A DNA stretch of 64,000 nucleotides from Candidatus Latescibacterota bacterium (GTDB taxonomy: Bacteria > Latescibacterota > UBA2968 > UBA8231): the NCBI GenBank assembly GCA_965203175.1, contig OZ241867.1, positions 4,096,001 through 4,160,000 of the forward strand, written 5' to 3'. Positions 37,455-46,796 of this stretch are shown here, one piece after another (the first letter of the stretch is position 1; every line of letters starts with the position of its first letter). The position numbers were made by a program, and so were the translations under genes. The notes beneath the pieces were generated by a model. It saw only the letters and a program-made list of their open reading frames with translations, was not told the origin of the DNA and made no database searches.

Positions 37455-38831
37455 ATGTTTCGAGTTGCAATTTGCGATCTGAAGAACTGGCAGACCAAAC
37501 CAAAGCGCAAACCGCTGGTGGTTCGGGGAGCCCGGCAGGTGGGGAAGACCTATCTGATCCGGCAATTCGGACGTGAGTGCTTCCACAATACGGTGGAGTT
37601 AAATTTCGAGCGGCAACCAGAACTGGCACAGTTATTTGCGTCCAAAGACCCCAACCAGATTCTCCCGTTGATCGAGTTGCAGTACAACACAGCTATCAAC
37701 CCCGGAGAAACGCTCCTGTTCCTCGATGAGATCCAAGCGGCTCCACAGGTCTTTGAGGCGCTGCGGTACTTCTTTGAGGAGCGCCCCGATATTCACGTCA
37801 TCGCCGCGGGTTCACTGCTCGAATTCGCGCTGGCAGAGCCATCCTTTGCAGTGCCTGTCGGCCGCATTGAATACCTGTATCTCGGTCCTATGACCTTTGA
37901 GGAGTTTCTGCTGGCCCAAGGCAAAGAGCGCCTCGTTTCTTTTCTCCGATCCTTTGAATTCCCTGCCACCATACCCGAGTCTTTGCACCGTCAGCTACTG
38001 GATGCCGTGAGGGAATACCTAGTGGTGGGAGGGATGCCTGCCAGCGTGTTTGCCTATACCCGGTCCGCGTCGCTTGCCGATACCGAGTCGGAGAAACAAT
38101 CGATCCTCGAGACCTTTGCCGAGGATTTTGGCAAATACGCGCGCAGGGCCGATCCCGACCGGCTGCGCAAGGTGTTCACCCGCCTCCCGATGCTGATCGG
38201 TCAGCGGCTGAAATACACCCATATTGACCGGGACGATCAGGCGCGAAATCTGGCCCATGCCTTGTCGTTGTTGTGCAAGGCCCTAGTCGCCTCGCGCGTC
38301 CATCACAGTGCCTGCAACGGCGTTCCGCTGCGGGCGGAAATCAAAGAGACTGTGTTTAAGCCGCTGTTCCTCGACGTTGGCTTGATGTCTAGTGCTTGTG
38401 GCCTCAACTTGCTGGACTTTGCCAGCGCAACGGACGTGCTGCAAGTGAACCAAGGGAGCGTTTGCGAGCAGTTTGTCGGACAGCATCTGCTCTACGGGCA
38501 TCCTTCCTTCGTCCGGCCGGAGCTATTCTTCTGGATGCGGGAGAAGTCTTCTTCCAATGCCGAGGTCGATTACGCGATCAGTATGGGCGCTAAAATCATC
38601 CCCGTCGAAGTCAAGGCGGGTAAGACCGGCACGCTCAAGTCGTTGCAGGTCTTTCTCAAGACCAAGGCACAGAACATAGGGGTGCGCGTGAACAGCGGTC
38701 CTCCTACTTGGCATACGGCCAACTACGCCTTGCCTGGGATGGCGGAGCAATCCTTTGAATTGGTCTCGATTCCTTTTTACCTAGTGGGACAATTGCGTAG
38801 GTTACTTGGAGAAAAGCAAAGCAACGGCTAA
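37455..38831 (+). CDS. AAA_14 ATPase with DUF4143 domain
   Basis: Walker A 'GARQVGKT', Walker B 'LLFLDEIQ', 'AAGSLL', 'VGGMP', C-terminal PD-(D/E)XK-like 'EVDY...IPVEVKAG'. Confidence 0.9.
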   Translation: MFRVAICDLKNWQTKPKRKPLVVRGARQVGKTYLIRQFGRECFHNTVELNFERQPELAQLFASKDPNQILPLIELQYNTAINPGETLLFLDEIQAAPQVFEALRYFFEERPDIHVIAAGSLLEFALAEPSFAVPVGRIEYLYLGPMTFEEFLLAQGKERLVSFLRSFEFPATIPESLHRQLLDAVREYLVVGGMPASVFAYTRSASLADTESEKQSILETFAEDFGKYARRADPDRLRKVFTRLPMLIGQRLKYTHIDRDDQARNLAHALSLLCKALVASRVHHSACNGVPLRAEIKETVFKPLFLDVGLMSSACGLNLLDFASATDVLQVNQGSVCEQFVGQHLLYGHPSFVRPELFFWMREKSSSNAEVDYAISMGAKIIPVEVKAGKTGTLKSLQVFLKTKAQNIGVRVNSGPPTWHTANYALPGMAEQSFELVSIPFYLVGQLRRLLGEKQSNG

Positions 38832-38842
38832 TACACTGGTTA

Positions 38843-41800
38843 TTGAACATGGACTCCAACTTTTCGTCTCGCTGCCTTTCGCTCGACCTTGAGGTCGGCA
38901 AGCAGGATTGCCGCATTCATGCCTTCGCCGCGGTACGTCCGGATGTCGATCAACCGCTGGTTTTCCAAGGGGGCGACTTAGCGGCAGCATTGACAGAACT
39001 CGACAAATTCGCTGATGGTGCGGACTTTCTGCTTGGCCACAACCTGATCGATTTCGATCTGCCCCATCTGAAAGCAGCAAAGCCCGATCTCCGGCTGTTG
39101 AAGCTGCCGGCGGTGGATACGCTGCGGCTCAACCCCCTCGCCTTTCCTCGCAATCCCTATCACCACCTCGTCAAGCACTATCAGGATGGACAACTCAAAC
39201 GCGGGCGACGGAACGACCCGGAACTCGACGCTCGGATTGCGCTGGAAATTTTCGACAATCAGCAAACCGCGTTGCGCGATGCGCTGCTTGGCTTGCTCGC
39301 CGCGTGGCATTGGCTGACCGGAACGGGACCCGACGGTGAGGGGTTCGACGCCGTTTTTACCTCCATACGGTACGCGCCTCGACCAACTGATGCGGTCGCG
39401 AAAGCGGCGATCCACGAGCGGCTTGCGGGCATCGCCTGCCAGAATCGCGGTCGGGATGTTTTCGATAATGTCGCCCAAAGCGGCTGGCCACTAGCGTACG
39501 CGCTAGCTTGGCTGTCAGTTTCCGGCGGCAATTCCGTGATGCCGCGGTGGGTTCGACATCAGTTCCCAGAAGCCGATAAGCTGATTCGCCGACTACGGGA
39601 TATGCCCTGCGACGAGGCGGATTGTGGCTGGTGCCGGGAAAGACACGACGCTCGCAAGGAGCTTAAGCGTTGGTTCGGCTTTGACGATTTCCGGCCGGAG
39701 CCGAAGGACATGGACAAACAACAGCCCATGCAGCAGTCCATCGTTGAGGCGGCAATGGCCGGGGAGCACGTTTTGGGGATTCTGCCCACCGGCACCGGCA
39801 AGTCGCTCTGTTACCAGATCCCGGCCCTATCCCGCTACTACAAGACTGGCGCTCTCACGGTGGTGATTTCACCCTTGGTTGCGCTCATGGCGGATCAGGT
39901 GGCGGGACTGGAGGCTCATAGAATCGACTCGTGCGTAGCCATCAATGGATTGCTGTCCATGCCCGAGCGGGCCGATGCGCTGGATCGGGTACGATTGGGG
40001 GATGCAGGCATTCTCATCATCTCGCCGGAGCAACTCCGCAACCGTTCTCTGCGCCGTGCATTCGACCAACGCGAGATAGGGGCTTGGGTGCTGGACGAGG
40101 CTCATTGTCTATCGAAATGGGGGCATGACTTTCGGCCGGATTACCGCTACGTGGGGCGCTTCATCTGCGAAAAGGCGGGACAGGACCCGATCCCGCCGGT
40201 GCTATGCCTGACTGCGACCGCTAAACCCGACGTAGTGGAGGACATCAAGCAGCATTTTCGGGATGAACTCGACGTAGGACTGAAGGTCTTCGACGGCGGT
40301 GCCCATCGCACCAATCTGGAGTTCATAGTAGTGCCGACAACCGCCGAAGAGAAGTTCTCGCGCATCCACCAGATTCTTATGGCCGATCTGCCGCCGGATG
40401 CGTCCGGCGGTGCCATCGTCTATTGTATGACGCGTCGGCGGACCGAAGAGATAGTGGATTTCCTTCAGGATAAAGAGGTTGCGGCAGACTTCTTCCATGC
40501 CGGGCTGCCGCCGGAGACTAAGAAGAGTGTACAGCAGCGCTTCATCGACGGCAAACTGCGCGTGATCGCGGCCACCAATGCCTTCGGCATGGGTATTGAC
40601 AAGCCGGATGTGCGATTGGTGATCCACGCCGATATTCCGGGATCGCTGGAGAACTACATGCAGGAGGCTGGCCGCGCTGGCCGTGACCGCGAGATGGCTC
40701 GTTGCGTACTGCTCTATGCGACGGATGACGTGGAGAGGCAGTTTGGCCTGTCGGCGCGTTCGCGGCTCACTCAGGAGGAAATTAGCGGTGTCCTGAAGGC
40801 ATTGCGAAACTTAGATCAGAAGAATCAGAAGAAGCGTCTGAATGGCGAAGTCGTAGCCACCGCCGGCGAGATCCTCGGCGAGGACGAGGAAAAGGTCTTT
40901 GAGCGGGACTCCGCCACCGACGATACCCGCGTGCGAACCGCCATCTCTTGGCTTGAGGAGGCAGTACTACTGACCCGGGAAGAGAACCAAGTGCAGGTGC
41001 TTCCTTCGTCTCTCCGGGTGGACTCGGTGAAGGAAGCACGCAGTCGGTTGGCGAAGGCGTCCGTTGCCCATGACTACCGGCAACGGCTGCTTAAAATAGC
41101 CGAGACCCTGATTGATGCCGACCCCGACGAGGGCATCTCTACCGACGAGTTGATGGGTGTATCCGGTCTGAGCGCCGAAGGTGTGCGTGGTGCTCTGTAC
41201 GACTTGGAAGAGCTAGACATTGCCAGCAACGAGATGGCACTGACCGCCTTCGTCCACGCAGGAATAGTGCGCAGTTCTCAGAAGCGCTTTGATGAGGCGG
41301 CGGAGTTGGAGGCCGCCCTGATCGCGCAGATGCGCGAGGCTGCACCGGATATGGGCAAGGGAGATACGTGGCCCCTGCATTTGCGCTTCGCCGCGCAAAC
41401 TCTGCGTGATCAAGGGGTGGCTGATCCGTTGCCGGAACGACTACGGCGCATTCTCCGCAGCATTGCCTACGACGGGCGCGGTGAAGGGGGCGACGCCGGC
41501 AGCATCGGGGTGCAACAGCGGGATGCGGAGACGATGCAGGTGACGCTGCGGCGCGAGTGGTCGGCGTTGGAGGAGTTCGCGTCGCGCCGACGCGATGGAG
41601 CAAAATTCCTGCTGGCTCACTTGCTCGCTTGCCTGCCGCCTAGGAGTAAGGGCATGGACTTGCTGGCTAAGACTACCCTCGGCAAGCTGTTGGAAGTGAT
41701 AAAGTCCGACCTGTTCCTGAATAGAAAGAGCACAAACCCCGATAAGTTACTGGACCGTGCCCTTCTATGGCTGCACGAGCAGGAGGTTATTCGCCTGAAC

Positions 41801-44038
41801 AAAGGTCTAGCGGTATTCCGTCCGGCTATGACTATCCGGCTAGCCGAAGAAAGACGCCGCTTTACCAAGACCGACTTTGAGCTGCTTGAACTCCACTACA
41901 AGGGGCAGGTACTGCAAATCCACGTGATGAAGGAGTTCGCTGAGCGGGGCTGCGAGGCCATAACCGAGGTCATGCTTATGGCCATGGACTACTTCAGCCT
42001 AACAGAGGAGGAATTCCTCCGCCGTTGGATGCCAGATCGGGACAAGGAGACTGCGCGGCAGACCACGCCCGAATCGTGGCGAGACATCGTCGAAAGCCTG
42101 AATAATCGCACCCAACAAGCCATCGTCGCGGATGATCGAAAGCAGACAAACGTGTTGGTGCTCGCTGGTCCCGGCTCCGGTAAGACGCGAGTGCTAGTGC
42201 ATCGTATCGCCTACCTCGTGCGCGTAAAGCGCGAAAATCCTCGCGGCATCCTAGCCTTGGCCTACAACCGGCACGCAGCGGTCGAGATACGGCGACGCCT
42301 CATGGATTTGATCGGCGACGATGCCCGTGGGGTAACCGTGCTTACTTGTCACGCGCTGGCCATGCGATTGGTCGGCGTCAGTTTCCAGGAGCGGGAAAGG
42401 AAGCAACTTGACGACGGTGCATTTCGGGAGGTGTTGCGCCAAGCAGTGGCACTATTGCGCGGCGAGGGTCTGGAGCCGGAGGAAGCAGACGATCAGCGGG
42501 AGCGGCTCCTCGCGGGTTTCCGCTGGATACTCGTGGACGAATACCAAGACATTGGTGCGGATCAATACGAGTTGATATCGGCCTTGGCTGGACGGACCCT
42601 GAAAGATGAGGATCGCAAGCTCACGCTCTTCGCAGTAGGCGACGACGATCAGAACATTTACGCCTTCAACGGTGCTTCGGTGGAGTTCATCCGCCGTTTC
42701 GAAGAGGATTACGGGCCGAAGCCCTCCTACCTGATCGACAACTACCGTTCCACTAGCCACATCATTACAGCGGCCAATGAGTTGATCGAGCCAGCTCGAC
42801 AGCGGATGAAAACTGGACATCCTATCAGCATCGACCGGGCGCGTACGAAGAATCCGCCCGGCGGCGACTGGAGTGAACTGGATTCGGTCGCTCAAGGTCG
42901 GGTGCAGATTCTGCCAGCATCCCTCGACCCAAGCTCCCAAGCGCAGGTTGCGATGATGGAGTTGCAGCGCCTCGCCGCCCTCTCACCGGACTGGGACTGG
43001 TCCAAGTGCGCGGTGATCGCACGCGAATGGAAGTATCTGGATCCGGTACGTGCTTTCTGCGAAGTCCACCGTATCCCGGTGCAGATGGGGAATGAAGAAA
43101 TCCCGAGCTTTTGGTTCCTGCGAGAAACTCGAACGTTTGTTGAATGGCTGCGTGGACGGGAAACCCGGACCGTGGGCAGTGCTGATTTGAGAGGTTGGCT
43201 GGATGCGCAAACGCCGGGCCTATGGAATGACCTGCTACGGCAAGCCTTGGACGAGTTCTCCCTAGAAACTAGCGACGCGGAAATGCCGGTGGATCACTTC
43301 ATCGAGTGGTTGGCCGAGTGGGGACGAGACGTACGCCGCCGCCAGCGCGGGCTCTTGCTGTTGACCGCGCACCGCGCCAAAGGATTGGAGTTTGATCACG
43401 TGGCCGTGCTCGATGGAGGCTGGAACAATGTCGATAGGGGCGAGGACCCGGATGCGCCGCGTAGGCTCTACTACGTGGCCATGACACGCGCCCGGCAGAC
43501 CCTTGCGCTCGTGCGTTTTCAAGGATCGCGCCCCGCCGGAGGTAGCACCCTGCCTGATTTCGTAAAAGAGCCTGAACCTCCGGCGTACTCGGGGCGCTCG
43601 CACTCGCTGCCATATACATTTCCGAACAACGGCTCGGTTTTGCGCCGCACATCCGATGGCTTGCAGCCGGAAACCCCGGAACTCTCACGCCAATATCGGC
43701 GGCCTAGTCTGCGCGAGGTCAATCTGGGCTTCGCGGGACGTTTCTATGCCAACCATCCGCGGCATCGTGCGATTGCCGCTCTGTCGTCCGGCGATCAGCT
43801 AGAAACGCGAATTACCAAAAATGGATATTGGGAATTGCTGAACCGGTCGGGGATGGTGGTAGGGCGTCTTGCCCAAGCGTTTGAACCCCCACCGGGAACG
43901 CGGTGCAGGTCCGCCACGGTCTTCGCCGTCGTGGCTTGGAGCCGCGAAGCGTCGGAGCCTCAGTACCGGGACAGCGCGAAATGCGATGCTTGGGAGGTTG
44001 TGGTACCGGAGCTAGTGTTCGAGCCAGAGGGCGAGTAA
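38843..44038 (+). CDS. Multidomain helicase: DEDD-exonuclease-like + RecQ (SF2) + UvrD (SF1) fusion
   Basis: 'LDLE...GHNLIDFD...VDTL...DPELD'; RecQ 'LPTGTGKSLCYQIPAL', 'DEAHCLSKWGHDFRPDY', 'AFGMGIDKPDVR', 'QEAGRAGRD'; UvrD 'AGPGSGKT', 'VDEYQD', 'VGDDDQNIY', 'AHRAKGLEFD', 'YYVAMTRAR'. Confidence 0.9.
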   Translation: MNMDSNFSSRCLSLDLEVGKQDCRIHAFAAVRPDVDQPLVFQGGDLAAALTELDKFADGADFLLGHNLIDFDLPHLKAAKPDLRLLKLPAVDTLRLNPLAFPRNPYHHLVKHYQDGQLKRGRRNDPELDARIALEIFDNQQTALRDALLGLLAAWHWLTGTGPDGEGFDAVFTSIRYAPRPTDAVAKAAIHERLAGIACQNRGRDVFDNVAQSGWPLAYALAWLSVSGGNSVMPRWVRHQFPEADKLIRRLRDMPCDEADCGWCRERHDARKELKRWFGFDDFRPEPKDMDKQQPMQQSIVEAAMAGEHVLGILPTGTGKSLCYQIPALSRYYKTGALTVVISPLVALMADQVAGLEAHRIDSCVAINGLLSMPERADALDRVRLGDAGILIISPEQLRNRSLRRAFDQREIGAWVLDEAHCLSKWGHDFRPDYRYVGRFICEKAGQDPIPPVLCLTATAKPDVVEDIKQHFRDELDVGLKVFDGGAHRTNLEFIVVPTTAEEKFSRIHQILMADLPPDASGGAIVYCMTRRRTEEIVDFLQDKEVAADFFHAGLPPETKKSVQQRFIDGKLRVIAATNAFGMGIDKPDVRLVIHADIPGSLENYMQEAGRAGRDREMARCVLLYATDDVERQFGLSARSRLTQEEISGVLKALRNLDQKNQKKRLNGEVVATAGEILGEDEEKVFERDSATDDTRVRTAISWLEEAVLLTREENQVQVLPSSLRVDSVKEARSRLAKASVAHDYRQRLLKIAETLIDADPDEGISTDELMGVSGLSAEGVRGALYDLEELDIASNEMALTAFVHAGIVRSSQKRFDEAAELEAALIAQMREAAPDMGKGDTWPLHLRFAAQTLRDQGVADPLPERLRRILRSIAYDGRGEGGDAGSIGVQQRDAETMQVTLRREWSALEEFASRRRDGAKFLLAHLLACLPPRSKGMDLLAKTTLGKLLEVIKSDLFLNRKSTNPDKLLDRALLWLHEQEVIRLNKGLAVFRPAMTIRLAEERRRFTKTDFELLELHYKGQVLQIHVMKEFAERGCEAITEVMLMAMDYFSLTEEEFLRRWMPDRDKETARQTTPESWRDIVESLNNRTQQAIVADDRKQTNVLVLAGPGSGKTRVLVHRIAYLVRVKRENPRGILALAYNRHAAVEIRRRLMDLIGDDARGVTVLTCHALAMRLVGVSFQERERKQLDDGAFREVLRQAVALLRGEGLEPEEADDQRERLLAGFRWILVDEYQDIGADQYELISALAGRTLKDEDRKLTLFAVGDDDQNIYAFNGASVEFIRRFEEDYGPKPSYLIDNYRSTSHIITAANELIEPARQRMKTGHPISIDRARTKNPPGGDWSELDSVAQGRVQILPASLDPSSQAQVAMMELQRLAALSPDWDWSKCAVIAREWKYLDPVRAFCEVHRIPVQMGNEEIPSFWFLRETRTFVEWLRGRETRTVGSADLRGWLDAQTPGLWNDLLRQALDEFSLETSDAEMPVDHFIEWLAEWGRDVRRRQRGLLLLTAHRAKGLEFDHVAVLDGGWNNVDRGEDPDAPRRLYYVAMTRARQTLALVRFQGSRPAGGSTLPDFVKEPEPPAYSGRSHSLPYTFPNNGSVLRRTSDGLQPETPELSRQYRRPSLREVNLGFAGRFYANHPRHRAIAALSSGDQLETRITKNGYWELLNRSGMVVGRLAQAFEPPPGTRCRSATVFAVVAWSREASEPQYRDSAKCDAWEVVVPELVFEPEGE

Positions 44039-44126
44039 TTCGACGGTAACTCAGGGGAAACTACTGGAAGCAGAACTTAGCTTGTAATCTCGGAAACGTC
44101 TGTGCGTTCCGCCAACGAAACCATCC

Positions 44127-44444
44127 TTATGCACTTTGCCTGCCCTTTCCGCCCCTATCTTCAAGCCACTTCTTTAGAGATTCGGGACTCTCACCCGAAC
44201 GGTATCCCTCCAGAATACCTTCAGCAGTCAGATCTTCATCCAAATCCGGCCAGTGAACATAAGCACCATCGCCAAAAATCTCATAATGATCGCGCTCCTG
44301 TGGCGTACCGTACCAAAGACGAGGATACCACATCAGAGGCACACTGATCGTTCGTCCGTCAACTATCTCCAAAGTCAGTGTATCATCGCTGATCTGCACA
44401 CTTTGAGCACGCACTTCTCTCTTGTTATTGTCCAAAGAACTCAT
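44127..44444 (-). CDS. DUF2442-domain protein (putative TA component)
   Basis: 'DGRTISVPLMWYPRL...HWPDLDEDL'; its ATG overlaps the end of DUF4160. Confidence 0.85.
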   Translation of the reverse strand: MSSLDNNKREVRAQSVQISDDTLTLEIVDGRTISVPLMWYPRLWYGTPQERDHYEIFGDGAYVHWPDLDEDLTAEGILEGYRSGESPESLKKWLEDRGGKGRQSA

Positions 44445-44661
44445 GCCATCTCTCCAAGAATAATTCACGATGTGTTTCAACCAATTTTGCAATTCGGTTT
44501 AATTCAGCACGGTTAAAACCGCCAGTTTGTTGAAGTGAAATAGGATCAAGCCAGAATTTTGCAACGCAATTATCACGTCTTATGTGAATATGCGGTGGTT
44601 CTCCACGATCCAGAGACAAAAAGAAAAACCGGTATGGACCTTCAAACAGAATAGTTGGCAT
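44425..44661 (-). CDS. DUF4160-domain protein (putative TA component)
   Basis: 'MPTILFEGPYRFFF...EPPHIHI...AKFWL...WHEFFG'. Confidence 0.88.
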   Translation of the reverse strand: MPTILFEGPYRFFFLSLDRGEPPHIHIRRDNCVAKFWLDPISLQQTGGFNRAELNRIAKLVETHRELFLERWHEFFGQ

Positions 44662-44718
44662 CCAATCCTTTCGCGATCAGTATCAACATGCCCCTCGTTT
44701 TAATAGGCGGTCGGCTGG

Positions 44719-45015
44719 TTAGCCGCTGGTTAGTTTGGTCCACAATTGTAGCAAAATCACCACAACGCCCAACACGGCGATCCCCCCCTGTAATTGGTTC
44801 AAGCCCTTTCTAACTTCCTTTATCTGACTCGTGAATTCCTTGCTCAACTCGGCTTTGAGTTCGGTTATATCGGTCTTGAGCTCGGCTTTGAGTTCGGCCA
44901 TATCAGTCTTGAGCTCGGCTTTGAGTTCGGCCATATCGGCCTTGGTAGCGAGGTGATTGTACACGCCTTCGAGCTTGGCTAGACGCTCTTCGGGGGTTAA
45001 AGGGGAATTGGTCAT
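44719..45015 (-). CDS. Small membrane-anchored coiled-coil protein (CCDC90/DUF1640/Bdr-like) with hendecad repeats
   Basis: AAGGAG upstream of ATG 45015; 'LATKADMAELKAELKTDMAELKAELKTDITELKAEL' followed by a C-terminal TM helix. Confidence 0.7.
   Translation of the reverse strand: MTNSPLTPEERLAKLEGVYNHLATKADMAELKAELKTDMAELKAELKTDITELKAELSKEFTSQIKEVRKGLNQLQGGIAVLGVVVILLQLWTKLTSG
44848..44944. repeat. Three tandem 33-bp repeats (11-aa unit)
   Basis: ctcggctttgagttcgg(tt/cc)atatc(g/a)g(t/c)cttg units start at 44848, 44881 and 44914. Confidence 0.9.
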
Positions 45016-45200
45016 AGCAGGCTGTTGTCTCCTTGGGTTGGAAGGTACAGGATGGCGTGGAGCGGTGTCAATGCGCCTGAGATTAGAAGAGCAATATCCG
45101 TGCCCGTTCAAGGCATAGTACTCGCGTGGTAAGGTTGACATCGCGTAGGCCAGCGGCCTTATTTGCGCCCTCCAACCAAATAGCCAAAGGAGCCTGAGAA

Positions 45201-45752
45201 ATGCCGGATGTTATCGTCGTCGGAGATGGGCCGGGTGGATTGAGCGCCGCGCTCTTTCTTGCCAAAAACGACATGAGCGTCACTGTCTTTGGCCAAGACA
45301 AGACCCTCATGCACAAGGCCATGCTGTACAATTATTTGGGCATTCCCAAGATCGCCGGACCTGAGTTCCAGCAGATCGGTCGCGAGCAGGTGCGCGGCTT
45401 TGGCGGGGAGATTCAGGACGTCGAAGTCAGTAGCGTTGAAAAGGGCGAGGGGGGGTTTGTCGTCGAAACCGCTGATGGCCAAAGCCATCAGTCTCAATAT
45501 CTGATCTTGGTTACCGGGCCGAGCAACCCGCTGGCCGAAAGCTTGGGCGTGGCCAAAGAAGCCGATGGGTTGGCGGCCGATCGCAATGGACGCACTTCGG
45601 TCGAAGGGCTATACGTCCTTGGCTGGAGCACCCGCCTGAAGAAGATCCAAGCCATTATCTCTGCCGGCGACGGGGCCTGCGCCGCGCTGGACATCCTCTC
45701 GGCTAAAGCCGGCGAGGATATCCACGACTTCGATCTGATCGAAGACGAGTAG
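45201..45752 (+). CDS. Short FAD-dependent thioredoxin-reductase-like protein
   Basis: 'VIVVGDGPGGLSAAL', 'NYLG', 'RTSVEGLYVLG', 'QAIISAGDG'; lacks the NADPH domain and CxxC. Confidence 0.75.
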   Translation: MPDVIVVGDGPGGLSAALFLAKNDMSVTVFGQDKTLMHKAMLYNYLGIPKIAGPEFQQIGREQVRGFGGEIQDVEVSSVEKGEGGFVVETADGQSHQSQYLILVTGPSNPLAESLGVAKEADGLAADRNGRTSVEGLYVLGWSTRLKKIQAIISAGDGACAALDILSAKAGEDIHDFDLIEDE

Positions 45753-45753
45753 G

Positions 45754-46716
45754 CTAAAGCGAGACGACGCGCCCTTCTATGGCGGATTGGGTGGCCGCGA
45801 GCGTCACGGCTAAGGTTTTGACCGCCTCTGCGTAGTCGCAGCGGATGCATGAGGCATCGCCGGTTTGCACGGCTTGGAGAAAGGCGCGATCCTCCGCTTG
45901 CGTTGGATTGTTGCCCTGTTCGACAACTTCTCGGCCGCTGGGGCGGTCGATGGTGAGTGCGCCGGATGCGATGCGCAGGACTTGGTCTTTCTGGTAGAGA
46001 TCCAAGCCCACGTGCCCGCCCGCGGATAGCATACAAGCCGAGGTAATGCTGGCCACTGCGCCGCTTTGGAAGCGGAGATTGGTGACGGAGGCGTCGTGGA
46101 CATCGTAGTTGGGGACGTCTTCCATCAGGCCGGTGCGCGCCATGGCGTGGACGCTCTCCACCTCGCCGAGTAAGTAGCGGGCCAAGTCGAAGATGTGCGT
46201 GGTTTGTTCGACGATCTGGCCGCCGCTTTCGGCCAACACCCGCCACCAAGACACTCCGGGCATGCCGCCGGTCCAAGCGCCGAGGGCAAAACCCACTTGC
46301 TCGTCGCCGAGGAGTTCGATTGCTTTGGCGGTCGTATCCATGTAGCGCCAGTGATAGCCCACGGCGCTGATAAGATTTTGGGTGCGGAGAGCCGCTTTCA
46401 CGGCGCGGGCTTGTTCCAGGGAAGTCGCCACGGGTTTTTCCACGAAAATGGGCAAGCCGCGCTCAATGGCCGCTAGCTCGGGTTGCGCATGGGCAAAAGG
46501 CGGCAGGCAGATATAGACCGCGTCTAGGGACTCGCTGTCGTACAGGGCCTCGTAGTGGCTGTAGGCCTTGCCACCGTACTCGCTGGCTGCGGCGAGCGCC
46601 TTTTCTTCGACTACGTCGCAAAAGGCAACAAGCTCGGCCTCGTCGAGCTGGGTGAGAGTGCGTAGGTGGTGGTTGGCGATGCCACCCGTGCCGACAAAGC
46701 CGATTCTGACCGTCAT
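45754..46716 (-). CDS. Gfo/Idh/MocA family oxidoreductase
   Basis: 'IGFVGTGGIA', 'FVEKP', 'GGQIVEQTTHIFD'. Confidence 0.92.
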   Translation of the reverse strand: MTVRIGFVGTGGIANHHLRTLTQLDEAELVAFCDVVEEKALAAASEYGGKAYSHYEALYDSESLDAVYICLPPFAHAQPELAAIERGLPIFVEKPVATSLEQARAVKAALRTQNLISAVGYHWRYMDTTAKAIELLGDEQVGFALGAWTGGMPGVSWWRVLAESGGQIVEQTTHIFDLARYLLGEVESVHAMARTGLMEDVPNYDVHDASVTNLRFQSGAVASITSACMLSAGGHVGLDLYQKDQVLRIASGALTIDRPSGREVVEQGNNPTQAEDRAFLQAVQTGDASCIRCDYAEAVKTLAVTLAATQSAIEGRVVSL

Positions 46717-46757
46717 AGCGACCTCCTTTTCCAGAGAATTACAATGATGGGCAAGGT

Positions 46758-46786
46758 GTTATACAGCGCGGCGCAGCCGCTGTCAA
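46758..46786 (-). promoter_or_regulatory. Sigma70-type promoter
   Basis: Minus strand reads TTGACA-17 nt-TATAAC upstream of 46716. Confidence 0.65.
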
Positions 46787-46796
46787 GCTGAGTACC

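Noticed and set aside
44848-44944. 33-bp repeats as a mini CRISPR array
   Set aside because: The repeats are contiguous with no spacers, lie in frame within a coding coiled coil, and no cas genes are present.
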